A DNA stretch of 55,135 nt, the filler included, from Sphacelaria rigidula (Eukaryota): NCBI GenBank assembly GCA_964200075.2. It is 3 parts of 3 records of this genome, joined end to end, with 100 filler letters (N's around TTAATTAATTAA, not from the genome) between each part and the next. Parts side by side here need not be neighbours in the genome. Positions count along the whole stretch, not along the records: positions 18,417 to 36,728 come from CAXNAA020000878.1; 2 more parts are not named here. One strand, given 5' to 3'. The position numbers and the translations under genes were made by a program. The notes under the pieces were generated by a model, which searched no databases, was not told where the DNA came from, and worked only from the letters and a program-made list of their open reading frames with translations. Shown here piece after piece: positions 22,126 to 34,205 of the stretch; the stretch's first letter is position 1, and every line of letters starts with the position of its first letter.

Positions 22126-25100
22126 ATGACACCCGGGTTGAGGACTTTGCGTCAACTTAAGGTATGTAGTGCCCTACGTACCACCCCGGGCGATGAGATC
22201 TCGGGTCCCAAAACTCATCACCCAGAGGTCATGCATAAACCGTCACCTACGGTCCACGCAACTTGCACCTGCGACTTGAAGCAAAGTAACGTCCAAACAT
22301 TTAAATTCGCACGCGTACTACTGACCGCGCATGTTCAATTGTGAGGCGAGCTTCACTTGATCTCAAACGATGACCGTATATACTGTGCAGGTGGGGATGG
22401 TGAACGCTCGAAAGACGGGAAATATGGCGCTGGACATGGCGATCGCCTTTAGCATTCCCCTTTTCATCCAAGCGTCCACTTCAGCGTGGAGGAAGGCTCG
22501 TCCCGTCGTGTGGGAGTTGCTGTGCAGCGTTTCTGTGTGCAAGAAGCGTAACCACTTCTACCGTGTCATCGAGTTTGAGAAGGTGACCAGACGTTTGGTG
22601 GCTTGTTATTCCGCGATACTGAGACCCACTTGGCGTTGTTGTTGTTTTTTTTAACTCGCTTGAGTTATGCTACGTTGTAATAGTTGCAGCATCTTGGACT
22701 TTTCCTCACCACTCTCTTCGTTGTTCATGCAAGACAAGCGCAGCTAGCTGCAAATGGTACGAGAGAACCTTGCCTACCACGTCCTCTCCCCTCCTCTGTA
22801 CCAGTCCGTAGCCTCGAAGGGCCAATCCAATCTCCCCCGGTACTCGCCTTGGACTGTATTGCTGGTCATTGGATATGTATTATTGCTGGTCATTTGAATC
22901 AGCACTCGGACAACCCTCCGGTATTGTCGAGATGATTCTGTTGTTCGAATTGGCGTTCGCACAGGTCTAGACGACGAAATTTCCAGAATATTCTCGAGCG
23001 CACGAAATCCGCCCTAAACAGTGTCTATGTACCAGTTCCACCACCGGGGCATAGTCCGAGAAATTGAAGCTTAGAGACCTTCGCCTGGCAAGATTGGCAG
23101 AAACTGAGATACTCGATCGAATTCGGATGCCGACCTGTGTGACTTGCTCCGTTGTCTTGTCGTGCCCTCACGGTCGCCGCTGTGACGCTGTCGCCGCTTG
23201 GTTCACGTGGGTGGCTACATGCTGCATGGTGCGGCACAGATGATGTCCAAGTGGGGCAACGAAGAGGATACTGCGGAGGAGGTGCGGAGGAACAATATCC
23301 TGCAGAGGGCGATTATTCTTTACATCGGGCAGGTGAGAACTAGACCGCTTCAAACCAAGTAAGAGTTGATAATGAGATCACCACAAACGAGAATATTCAT
23401 CAAGTGCGAAGTATCATTGCCCATAATCCCCCCTCTCGCGCCCACGCGCGCGCTGGAATGCAACTGCACGGCGGAATCCCGATATGTGCTCTCTGCTCTA
23501 GAGCTGGGCCCCACGAAAAGTACAACATATTCGTTGGAGTGTCTGGTAGCTCTATCTCGCTGCGCGGCACCTCTTTTCAGAAGCATTACTTTGTTCGGTC
23601 TTACTCGCTACTCCTTTCACGTGTAACCCCTCTCCCTCCTCCCTCCTCTCGCTCCAGTAATTGAAAAAGCCAATTCATGGTCATACGGTAATCATTGCAA
23701 GTGCCAGGAGCAGTTTTCAAGGTTCTACCCTTGATATGTACACCCACCTCCTTGTCTCCCTCCTGCCGCCTTGATTGACGTTTCTGGCAGATGGGCTTGC
23801 CTTACAGAAGTGCTCGAATCATTCTTAGCGCCGTGAAGGAGAAGGGTGCGCAGGACGGGACAATAGATGGTACGGGGCGCCTGAAAACGGTACGTGGCAA
23901 GCGCAGCAAGAAGCGAGTGCGTATTCTTGATAATTGGATTAATTCTGTATTTATAAAGTTCCGTGGTTTCGACAGGTGCTATCTCTCCTGGAAACATCGT
24001 AGCACTCCGGTGGTACGGGTACGTACTGGGAGGGCGGAAGGGGGATGGAGGGCATTAAGCCACCGCAAGCCGTGTGCAGGTTGCTCGGTTGTGGAATTGC
24101 GTTTCGTGCTCATGCTGTCGTGCGGTGTGGTAGGTACATTTGAGGTATTGGTTCAACCAACTTGTCTCTATTGTGGACGACTTTTCTCGGGTGCTGTGAT
24201 CTGGTTGATGGCGAAAACGATGCTCGTCGTTCTGTGATGAGATCTGAACAAGGATATTGTTGGTCGGTCGGATACACGAGCCGTACCCCTATCCGCTGGG
24301 TACCGTAGTGTGTTTGCGAATGATCACTTTTTCCTTTTTGAATTTGACCGAAGCCACTCTTTTCCCCGTCAAAAGTGAGCCCGCATCTTAGTACAGATTC
24401 ATGCGTTTGTCGCGACACTTCGATTGTCACGGTAGGGAGGTTTATGTGGTGTGAACTTGCAAGAATGCATCTCTCGGTGATAGTTTCCGCACATGACAAA
24501 ATGTACCATGTTGGATCCGGGTTCGAACAAAGCTTGAAGCGATATATTCACTACGTGTTATGCCCCTCGTCGTTTTCTGTGGTGAGTAGTCGCGTCAGTG
24601 CCTAGGCGGTAATCGTACGAGAGCCTCACATCAAATATAGGCGTACAGCTACAGTAAAAGCATACCGTGGACAGCTGTTACCCACAACTGACCCCTCCAG
24701 AGATACGCTGGAAGGGGGAGACGTTAACCTTTTTTTTCTCTTGAGATCACGTATTACCTTGGATGTGTGCTCGGCATATCTATTCAACAGCGATACGGCG
24801 GCACTGCGGAGCAGCTGAAGGCCTACAATGTGGGAGTAGCACCGCCAAAAAACGAGTGGGTCAACATCGAGGAAGGGCTACAATTTAAGATGGTGCGCCA
24901 CGTTTACACAAGATTTTGCCTTCTAAGAGAGCATGTTGTTTTATTTCCAGAATTTTGATGGAAATGTGTCTGCAACGGGAGTCAACTTCTGGCAACGGTA
25001 CAGGGCTCCTTGACCGGACTCCTCGCGCGTGTGAAGCCCATGCTCCCCATGTTTGGGAGCCCGTTCATTCTCACTGTCCTTGAAGAAACTGAACAGCATC

Positions 25101-28100
25101 CTTTGGAAGACTATACCATGCCGTACCCCGCTCCTCGCCTCTTTCGGCCCTCCCGTCCTCACGCCCCCCTCGCGCTGCTCTCGGTCCTCCGTGCAGACCA
25201 TAGACGTGCAGGTGGAGGGAGAAGGACCAGAAGTGGGGAACGTGAAGGCCAGCAACTCCAAGAAGACGGTGTGTGATTGCTGTATACGACATCAAGATCA
25301 GAATACGGTTGATGGACTCCAGGTTGGAGTGTGCTAACCATTCCACCAGTGAAAGAGCGGCGGGGTTAACACAGCATACTCAAGCTTGGTAGCGTATAAA
25401 CTTACGTCATAGCGAGAGCGAACCTCCCGCAATGCCGAGAATTGATCACTCCTTGCGCGAGGCGGCTTGTTGCTAGCACCGTAGGCGACATTGATGACTG
25501 GTTGGATCTAGACGAAACCCGAATGCAGAACAGAAAATCAAGATCCAGCGACGGTGCAACTCGCTAGTGGATCTCTTCCGACCGAAATATACCCCAATCG
25601 GAAAATAACGCCAATAGCGTTCATGGAGTCAGTCGACGACCAATAGTTTTCGTCCATTCTGGTTCTCCGTATGAATAAACGGACTACTAGGAAACTTGAC
25701 GGTCAAGTCTCCCTTGTTGCTGTTCGTGCCCGTTCAGGTTCGATACATGTTCTTGTGTGCGAGGGAGAATGGGGACAAGGTCATACAGGCCTTCGTCGAC
25801 AAGGCCTTCACGTGGTACCGCGAGGCCATGGAAAATACAGAAGACCATTCGCGCTATCTCTTCACGCTTCTGTCGGAAAACCAATCTGACTCGCTCACAG
25901 GCTTCAACGCTAATCCATCGAATGTGTATGGCATCCCGGGGGGGGGCAGGGTCATGGGTATGAAGGGGAAGCAGACCAACTCTCACAGGTGGGATTCCTG
26001 GCTTCTAACAACATTGAAATCACTAACTTCCTGAGATTGGCCATACCCTACGGTGTATCAACGATCACGCTGGAATGTATGGGTATTCGAACGCAACGCC
26101 GTCTCCTTCACATTGTTTCTAGATAGAACTTTCTTCGTGTTCATCTTGGCGCTATTTCGATGTCTCGTGGGGGGAGATAGCTGTGGGGGAAGAAGGGGTC
26201 AGGTACAAGTCCAGAGTCGTGCCATACCGTGTGCATTGTGGCGAAATCATGTGCACGGCACAATCATGCAAAATCTTGCAGCACTTGCACCTATTAGTAC
26301 TGAAAATGTCCCGAATCGCGTGCCAGGTACAAACGGTACAAGCTTGGTGACACGAAGGACTTCGATAGTCTTTTTTTCCCGGAGAAGCCTGCTCTGCTCA
26401 AGATTCTTAATCACTTCGAGAGCAAAACAGGTACGATGTGGTGCCCACCTTCACCAAACCGTTCACAGGGTTGCTGACTTAAAGCAGAGCATCGAGCTTA
26501 TTCCGCGCCGTGTCCGCCCCTCTTGCGCCACCAGCTGTCAAAACAATCGAAAAACACCCAACGCAGAGTGGTTCTACGAAATGGGTGCACAATTTGTTTC
26601 TGAGGCTCAGCACTGCCCGAGCCTCTGAATGACAAGCATCTGGGCCTCAGTGTGCAGCCTCAGAAACATTTGGACTAAAAAGTGCACCTCTGCCTTAGAA
26701 TCCCTCTCCAAAAGCTCTCCCATGTGACAGTGGCCACGCGTCCAGGGCTGCGTCAATGATATAACCATCGCCACCACGGCATGAAAGCAAGACCCACTGT
26801 CCCTTCCTCCAGCCCTTCAGCTGCAGACACAACTCACCCCACCCACCCGCCTCACCTCACTCCATCCATGGACCAGGCAAATACCAGATCAGGGGGTATC
26901 CCCACAAGTTGGGATTACTGCTGCACGGTCCACCAGGCACGGGCAAGACTTCCTTGATCAAGGCGCTGGCTCTGCACACCAAAAGGCATATTGTCAACGT
27001 GCCACTGGCTCGTATCGAGACAAGCCAGGTAAGTTTACTCTGGGGGTCTGAGTGATGGTGTTGGGCAGGCCTCGCTCCTGCGGTTGAGGTTTCTTTCCAT
27101 GGCTGTGTTTAAACAGAACCCGTCCCGCTCTACGAAGCTTGGGTAGTTCATCCTCTTTGACGCGAAATCACGACTACACTGTGTGCGTGTGTTTTCTATT
27201 GGAATGTCGCCGTGGCTTGTGTGCTATACACAGCGTTCAACTGTCAACTTGACAGGAACAATCGGTTCAACTCGTGAACCCAGCTGCGTCAAGAGAGCTC
27301 GCAGAGGCTGTACACCAGTGTTGGTTAAACACCTACCTGCTTTGTACAATGAAGGAAATAAGGAGATGGTTTACTTTTGTGCTTCACCTGGCCGAACACA
27401 GAGTAAAACACAATGAAACGCTTGGTTCCTCATCAACGCAGGAACCAATGACAAGCTGATAGGCTGTATCGAGTGGATGAAAAAAAGAGAGCGAACACGA
27501 GTCGCTACCTGAACAAACTGTCCAATCTCAACAACACGTTTCGTACCATGAACTGTACGATTTGACCTATACAACCATGAACTGTACATTCACAAACTCG
27601 TGATACTACAATCAAACAATCAATCAGTCAATTAACTATGGACTCTTCAAGTCAAGCTCTGCGCTATTCTGACACTCACACTTTCATCGGATTTCACGTG
27701 CTCCGGGTGCATCGTCGTGATAAACGGTTGGCCGTTCCAGGCCTATGCTGACACATCATTAATTTTACGGATTATCATTTTCATTTCGCACGCATTCTCG
27801 AGTTGACATACGCTGGACAGTAACCAGCAGGAACACAAAAAGGGCGAACGACAAGAACGGACTAAACTGGTGGGGGAAAGCTCACACCATCAAACTTCGT
27901 GACATGTGGAGCCACATCTCAAACCCTGTCAGTTACCTGGATCATTACTGCAAGCATGATATCGGGTATACCTTAATTCTGGTCACAGAAGAATACGAAA
28001 TAGCAAACCGGTCCATCTATCCATCATTCTCCGAAATGTCATGATCAAACCTTGGTATATTTTCCCCTGCACTCCTAGTGCACTCAGGTATATACGTCTC

Positions 28101-30863
28101 ACGTACACCCATATTATCCTTGAGCGTATGTATATTCGATCACAGTTCGATCTGTCCACGCACCTACCATAGTGTTGAATCCGTTCGTACTGTCTGTTTT
28201 ACGTTCTACTGATATTGATGTTCATGCTGAATCGTAACTTATTCTGCCACTATACTGTATATAGATGTGTGATTTCTCACCAACACTTGCGCCCACAACT
28301 TGTGTCGCCAGGATTTGACGGACATCATGTTCGACCAGAGTTTCCCCGTTGTCGGCGAGGATCTGCCCATCTCTCTTTCGTTCGAGAACATCATCTTTGT
28401 TATGGAGGATATCGACGCAGCATCGCCAATCGTTCGATCTCGCGAACGCGCTTCCCACAAGCACCGAAGAAGGCAAAAAGCATCCGCAAAAGCCTTGAAG
28501 GCGAAACAGGCGGAAGCCGCGGCGAAGAGCAACCGGGACACCGCCGACAAGCGTGGGAGCGATGAGAGAACCCAATCGCTAGACAGCGACGTTGCAATAT
28601 CGTCTGCATACGAAGCCACTACTGCGACTGCTACCGTCACCGCGATCGCCGCCACCGCTAACATCCGAAGCACCCAGGCTGCTTGTGCCGCACCCGCATC
28701 GCTTGGGTATGATAATGAAAACGGGCAGATTGAAGACGCCATCTCCTTGGTGGACTCCGTGGACGCACAAGCAATGACCGGAGCTAGCGTCGGTGTGAAC
28801 GGGCACGAGGAGGCAGGAAGCGCGAGATGTCCCGCGAGGATCAATGTTAACGGGGACCTGGACGCGGGAAAGGACGGCGACAAGGTGAAATTGTTTTCGT
28901 CAAAATTGTATCCATTGCCCATCTCTGTGTCGCGTCGCAAGACCGAAGAGGATGGGGCAAGCGAGTCGACAGACAGCTTCGAGAAAGTTGTCCATGTCGG
29001 CAAGCAGAAAGACGAGAGTGATGGGGACACCCAGAGACTGCGAGTGTGCGAAAATGGTCGAAGACAACGAGGACATGAGGGCGGTGTTGACATCTTGCAT
29101 AATGGCGGTAAGGCTGTCACGGTTATCGACAAAACCGCCATCGTCATCAGCAATAATGCAGGTGCCCTTCCCCGCTTCTCTCCCGGAGTCGCGCCAGCGG
29201 GTGGGAAATCCCCAAACCTCATTCTGGACAACCGGGATGTGGTCGTTGTTGAAGACAGGAGTAGCGATAGGGGAGGGCAGACGGTGGCGCAGAACACAAT
29301 GAAGACACCCTCAAGCCATAGTTCCACCGCGAGAGACGCCGGTGATGCAGCAGCAGCGTCGGCTTCCGTCAAGGCGGCAAGCACATTCCCCATGGAAGAG
29401 CAGAGAAAAGAGGAGGAGTCGGATTCCGATTCGTCCTACTGCGGATCGTCGGATTCCGAGGATTCAGATAGCAGTACCAGCGGTGACGGGAGGGGTTTTC
29501 AGAGCGGACGAGGTAGAGACAATAACAAGAGCGCTTCGATGGTAAAGGCCCTCGCTAACACTCTCGTGGCAGGAAGTAAGAAGGCCGATCGGCGTGAGAG
29601 GAAGAAGTATGCCAGTAAGACGGGGAAGCTTGACCTCGCGGTGAGTGTTGTTGTAAATGATGTGACAGACAGGCATGATTGATTGCGATGCACGCCCTTT
29701 TCTCTCTACAAAGGCCTCAGCCAAGGTGATCTCCACAGCTATTGGAGAAGCCCGTTCCCGCTAATGGTACGAGTACACACAGCCCTGTCGGTTTCTGATT
29801 TCCTCAACTGAAGAATATTCATACTTTCCCGTACATCGTGCATGGTATGGAGGTGTGTGTCAAGCACTGCATTTCGCACTTCGCTGGTTGCTTGTATAGA
29901 CTTCGCACCCGTGGTGAATCTCTTAGGTGTCCACACGTTCGTACGCCTCGCTTGATGCATTCCATTTTTTCAGGGACTTTTGAACGCCCTCGACGGGGTG
30001 GTAGACACACCAGGGCGCATCGTGATCATGACCACCAACCACCCAGAGTCTCTCGACCCAGCTCTCATCCGTCCAGGACGAATCGACAAGAAGATCCACC
30101 TTGGATACATGAGGTAAGGATCAACTGCAGTACGGTTCAATCTTGTTGATTTGGAAGACGATGTCCACGTGTCAACTGCCCCAGGTTCGTTTCTTCGTAA
30201 GCTTGGCTGCAGTGTGTTCCCAGGAGGAACTGCGAAGACCCGACCACGTGTAGAACATGTGATCGTGCGCGTCGGGTTGATATTGCAGTCGGCCTCAAAC
30301 CACCATGTTTTTCGTCTCCAAGAGGGACCCAATGCCCAGCCCTGGCATATTCCAACGACCGTGGTGTCTCTGTCCTCGTATGTGCTGACATACGCCATCT
30401 ACAGGTCCTGAGAAACTCTGCTCTTCGTCGTTAACCTTCCCGCGCTCTTCTATCGCCCAATATTCAAGAATGTGCCGCGATCACCTTTTGTTTAACTCTA
30501 CATCCTGCCGAGTGATGGTTCCTCGACGTTCGCTGTTTCCACCTCGTTCTCCTTCGTTTGAGGCATGCTCTGCATGTACTACGCAGTACGTGAAATCTAT
30601 GCTTTTGCGGAGCTCTACTCACACTACCGCCCCCCCCCGCGCCCCTACCCTCTCCCAGGTATCCCGCCGCGCTCGAAATGACTCGGCACTTTTTCCAGGA
30701 AGAACAGCTGGGGCTAGATCATGCGGAACGCCTCGAGACTGTGTTCAACGACAGACGCCAGCTTACACCCGCCGTGGTTGAACAGCTGGCAGGCGAGTGC
30801 GACACGATAGGCGACTTCGTGGCCGCGTTGGAAGCCCTCCCGTTCTCGCGTCCTTGTGCTTGA
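22126..30863 (+). CDS. BCS1-like AAA+ ATPase, 12 exons, ~924 aa
   Basis: Manual GT-AG splicing of 22126-22161, 22391-22582, 23240-23332, 23791-23889, 24791-24892, 25197-25268, 25738-25988, 26327-26430, 26877-27028, 28312-29640, 29974-30113 and 30659-30863 gives 2775 nt in one open frame. Motifs: Walker [15 protein letters not shown], Walker [41 protein letters not shown]. The first exon is the least certain. Confidence 0.9.
22391..22582 (+). CDS. BCS1-like ATPase exon 2 (N-terminal hydrophobic segment)
   Basis: gcag|GTG...AAG|gtga; encodes [19 protein letters not shown]. Confidence 0.8.
23240..23332 (+). CDS. BCS1-like ATPase exon 3
   Basis: acag|ATG...CAG|gtgag; encodes [16 protein letters not shown]. 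Confidence 0.8.
23791..23889 (+). CDS. BCS1-like ATPase exon 4
   Basis: gcag|ATG...ACG|gtacgt; phase 0. Confidence 0.75.
24791..24892 (+). CDS. BCS1-like ATPase exon 5
   Basis: acag|CGA...ATG|gtgcg; encodes [14 protein letters not shown]. Confidence 0.8.
25197..25268 (+). CDS. BCS1-like ATPase exon 6
   Basis: Pyrimidine tract, then gcag|ACC...ACG|gtgtgt. Confidence 0.75.
25738..25988 (+). CDS. BCS1-like ATPase exon 7
   Basis: tcag|GTT...CACAG|gtgg; encodes [12 protein letters not shown]...SRYLF. Confidence 0.8.
26327..26430 (+). CDS. BCS1-like ATPase exon 8
   Basis: ccag|G TAC...ACAG|gtacg; encodes [20 protein letters not shown]. Confidence 0.85.
26877..27028 (+). CDS. BCS1-like ATPase exon 9 (Walker A)
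   Basis: Encodes [26 protein letters not shown]; ends CAG|gtaagt. Confidence 0.92.
27230..27465 (+). repeat. intronic fragment of the 53717-55030 element family
   Basis: CAATCGGTTCAACT.GTGAACCCAGCT...CAAGAGAGCTCGCAGAGGCTG and TTGGTTCCT.ATCAACGCAG match ~54490-54705. Confidence 0.85.
28312..29640 (+). CDS. BCS1-like ATPase exon 10 (Walker B + long insertion)
   Basis: ccag|GAT...GCG|gtgagt; 443 open codons, including [12 protein letters not shown]. Confidence 0.88.
29974..30113 (+). CDS. BCS1-like ATPase exon 11 (sensor 1/Arg finger)
   Basis: Encodes [46 protein letters not shown]; ends AG|gtaagg. Confidence 0.92.
30659..30863 (+). CDS. BCS1-like ATPase terminal exon
   Basis: ccag|G TAT...TGA; encodes MTRHFF...LTPAVVEQL. 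Confidence 0.85.
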
Positions 30864-30955
30864 TTGGTTGCTGACTGTCGTCCATTTTTGGATGTGACTG
30901 GCTGCACGCTTTCCATTCGAAGACTATGAAAGGGCTCGGGGTTATCGATAGAGTT

Positions 30956-32465
30956 CACACGTAGGACAGCTCATGAGCTAGCTCATCTGCGGGCGGTAGA
31001 TCACTTGTAGTCAAACATGTACATGTGAGCTACGTCCGATAGCTCAACACAAGGTAAACGTGCGCTAGTGAGCTACGAGTTGGTAGCTCACCGAGGGAAA
31101 ATATGTGTAGCTCATGCAGCTCTCATAGCTCACCCAGAGCGAATCTGAGCTGATGAGCTACGGGTTGGTAGCTCACCCAGGGCAAACATGCGTAGCTCAT
31201 TCAGCTCTCATAGCTCACCCAGGACGAATCTGAGCTGATAAGCTACGGGTTGGTAGCTCACATATCGCAAACGTGCGTAGCTCATACAGCTCCCATAGCT
31301 CACCCAGGGCGAATATGAGCTGATGAGCTACGGGTTGGTAGCTCACCCAGGGAAAACATATGCGGATGAGCTACGCTCGATAGCTCACCCAAGGCAAACG
31401 TGTGTAGCTCACGTAGCTCTTCTTTTAGCTTACCCGGGGAAAACATGAGCGGATGAGCTATGCCCGGTAGCTCACCCCAGGGACACATGGTCGTGGCTCA
31501 CTCACGTCATGTGCCTAGCTCGCCGCTGGCCAACCCCGTGTCGCTTATGATGCAACATTCTTGTTCGAACGGATGGTGCCACATATCATTAGGTTGTTGT
31601 GATGTTTTACCTCACTCTTCGCGATAGGGAGAAAATAACCCAACAGATCCTCGTTCGCTTGGTCGGATGGTTAAAAAAAGTATTAGTATTCAGTTTATAC
31701 AGTAATCGACTGATTCATTTCTTTTGATCGGTTGACCGCGAGGGTACGAATCCATCTGGTTATGCATACGTTTTTCAAGTGAAAGTGGAGCCGATGCAAC
31801 AGATAGATGACTTATGCTCGCCGTCAAGGGTTTAGCCCTTTGACCGCGAGGGTTGGCGATCTGATAAATCAGCATAATTCACTTGATTTTTCGGGAGTGA
31901 ATGATGCCGATTCAGAGACCTCCTACCTTCGCGGTCAAAGGAATAGGCAATCGTAGCTCTCATAGCTCCCATAGTTCATCCAGGGCAAATATGTGTAGCT
32001 CATGCATCTCTTATAGCTCATCCAGGGCAAACATGTGTAGCTGATGCAGCTCCCATAGCTCATCCGGGGCAAACATGTGTAGCTCATGCAGCTCCCATAG
32101 CTCACCCAGGACGAATATGAGTTAATGAGCTACGAGTTGGTAGCTCACGTACGGTAAACATGCGTAGCTCATGCAGCTCTCATAGCTCACCCAGGACGAA
32201 TCTGAGCTGATGAGCTACGGGTTGGTAGCTCATCTATCGCAAACATGCGTAGCTCATACAGCTCCCATAGCTCATTCAGGACGAATATGAACTGATGATC
32301 TACGGGTTGGTAGGTCACGTACGGTAAACATGCGTAGCTCATACAGCTCTCATAGCTCAGCCCAGAAGAAACATGCGTAGCTCTTGTAGCTCTCATGGCT
32401 CACTAGGGAGCTACGCTAAAAAAGAGCTAGCTCGAGCTATAGGGAACTGATCTGTCCGACGTGTG
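30956..32465. mobile_element. non-autonomous DNA transposon (hAT- or P-like, 8-bp TSD) filled with TAGCTCA/GAGCTA sub-repeats
   Basis: TIRs are CACACGTAGGACAG / CTGTCCGACGTGTG. The perfect TSD ATAGAGTT lies at 30948-30955 and 32466-32473. Confidence 0.9.
31732..31941. mobile_element. tandem pair of piggyBac-like MITEs nested in the 8-bp-TSD element
   Basis: TTGACCGCGAGGGT...GTCAAGGG, TTTAG, CCCTTTGACCGCGAGGGT...CGCGGTCAAAGG; same core as 3189-3290. Confidence 0.7.
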
Positions 32466-33804
32466 ATAGAGTTAGATTTGAGACAGGTGTTGCACATGCA
32501 TACGGCAGTGGGCTCAAAATGGGTACCGACGATCGTTGAAGAGCTTGCATCGATGTAGCTCGCCCATTAGCGTACCGGTCACGTCGGTCTGAGGTGTGAT
32601 CACTCCTCGGGACACTAGCGCGGCTATGACCCGTCGGATGGTATGTTGCAAAGGCCATATGCAACCTGATGAGTAACCAAGAGTCTGCTCGCGTTTGCAT
32701 CATACGTCGAGCGATACCGGTGTTGGTGTAAGGATTCCCTTCCCCAGTGGCCTCCGTTGTGATGTCATACCTCTCACGTGAGCCAACATGTTCCCTGTGG
32801 TGGGCCTTGCGAGTTGTGCAGTGCTGGGTTGATTCGTTGCCTCTGCCCCCGACGCCCACCTAAGCGTATATAGTTTGATAGCTTGTGTTCACAATGTCTT
32901 GCGTCGTTGCCAACGCTGGGCAGTTGGCTGCGCCGAGTATTGGTATCTGTCTAGGCCTGGTGCATATTTGGGCTGCGGGTTCGTGTACGTTTGGTGCTAT
33001 GTGGGGGTTGTTGTTGTTATGTCTTACCTCGCGATGTTCGTGGTGTCTATGTATCTCGTGCTAATGAAGCGCCAGCGTGCGATCGGATCAGATTTCCGGG
33101 TGCGGCGTTCTGATCAGCGAAGAGGAGATGGTCTGTATTTATGAAGGTACATCGCGGTTTCAGGGGCTGGTGCTTCTTATTCTCTGCATAAATGCATACG
33201 TTACGAGTTGGGAGCCTGGGGCATGATGGATGTGGCTAAAATGCCCGGCCCGTGCGCCCACACTAGTCGCCCGTGTTAGGTATGGGGAACACGTTCGCTC
33301 TATCTGAACAGTTTGGAGGTTCGGGAAATGATGGCCATTATCGGAACCGTACACCTTGTGGTACCTGATGTCTCGTCGCTAGGCTGCAAGAGCACTAGAT
33401 TAGTCGATACTGCTTGTGAGGGTCTGCAGTGGTGACAGCGTTGACCGATCGGATGTAAGCTATACGAATCCAGGCTGTATAAACAAACGTTGGAGAGTTA
33501 TCTGAAGTTCGGATGTCTTTTGTAGTCGGACAGTTACCCACTATCGTGTATTCCCCAAACGTTTTGACCGGTACATGTTGCACCCTTTGTAGATACACTC
33601 TGAGGGATAGGCCAGTGAACGGGTTTAGTGCAGTCGTCACTGAAGGGCACTTAGCGAGGACGCTCTCGCATGACAGGTGATGTTCACAGCATCATAATGT
33701 GTCTTGTATGCTTATCTATGTATAGGGCAGCTCATGTATCCGTTCTGGCGCGGTTTGTGTTGCTCGTTCGGGCAGTCAGAACCCTTCGATGATTCAAACG
33801 TCGA

Positions 33805-33995
33805 ATCAAAATGGAGTCGGATTGATTGGTTGGTTGGTTGATCGATCGAATATTGGTTGCACATCCTCGAGGGCCCAGTTATGGTCACAAGGCGAAAAGG
33901 CTGGTAAGCCTCGCTGGAGAAACCTCGAGAAAAGAAATAGATGAAGCGAGATAATACAAATGCTGTGCAGTGAGCAAAAACGAAATGTAAAGAGA
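33805..33995 (-). mobile_element. probable LINE 3' UTR remnant with (CAAC/CAAT)n tail
   Basis: The minus strand is pyrimidine-rich and ends ...TGTGACCATAACTGGGCCCTCGAG...TCAACCAACCAACCAATCAATC. Confidence 0.4.
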
Positions 33996-34205
33996 AAACA
34001 GCCGATCATCAATATTGAGGATGGAACTTTTCATTGAGGATGAGAACCGGGAGAATTCAAATCTTCGTATCCGCAACAAATCTTCAAAATATGGTTCCAT
34101 TCCTTCACCTACTGGTAGCTATTGACAAGTACTACACGCCATACAAATTTGAATTTCTGTAACCTAAATGTTGGGGTCCCAGGTGTAAAACCAATTTCTA
34201 GAACT
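33995..34205 (+). repeat. dispersed repeat; short form of the 49950-50990 copy
   Basis: AAATCTTCGTATCC...AGCTATTGACAA..CTACACGCCA.ACAAA.TTGAATTTC is joined directly to TGTAACC.AAATGT.GGGGTCC.AGGTG. Confidence 0.8.

Noticed and set aside
28239-29393. 384-aa minus-strand ORF
   Set aside because: It is the antisense shadow of ATPase exon 10 and has no independent motifs.
30970-32440. Regularly recurring short repeats resembling a CRISPR array
   Set aside because: There are no unique spacers and no cas genes, the context is eukaryotic, and the region is bounded by TIRs and a TSD.
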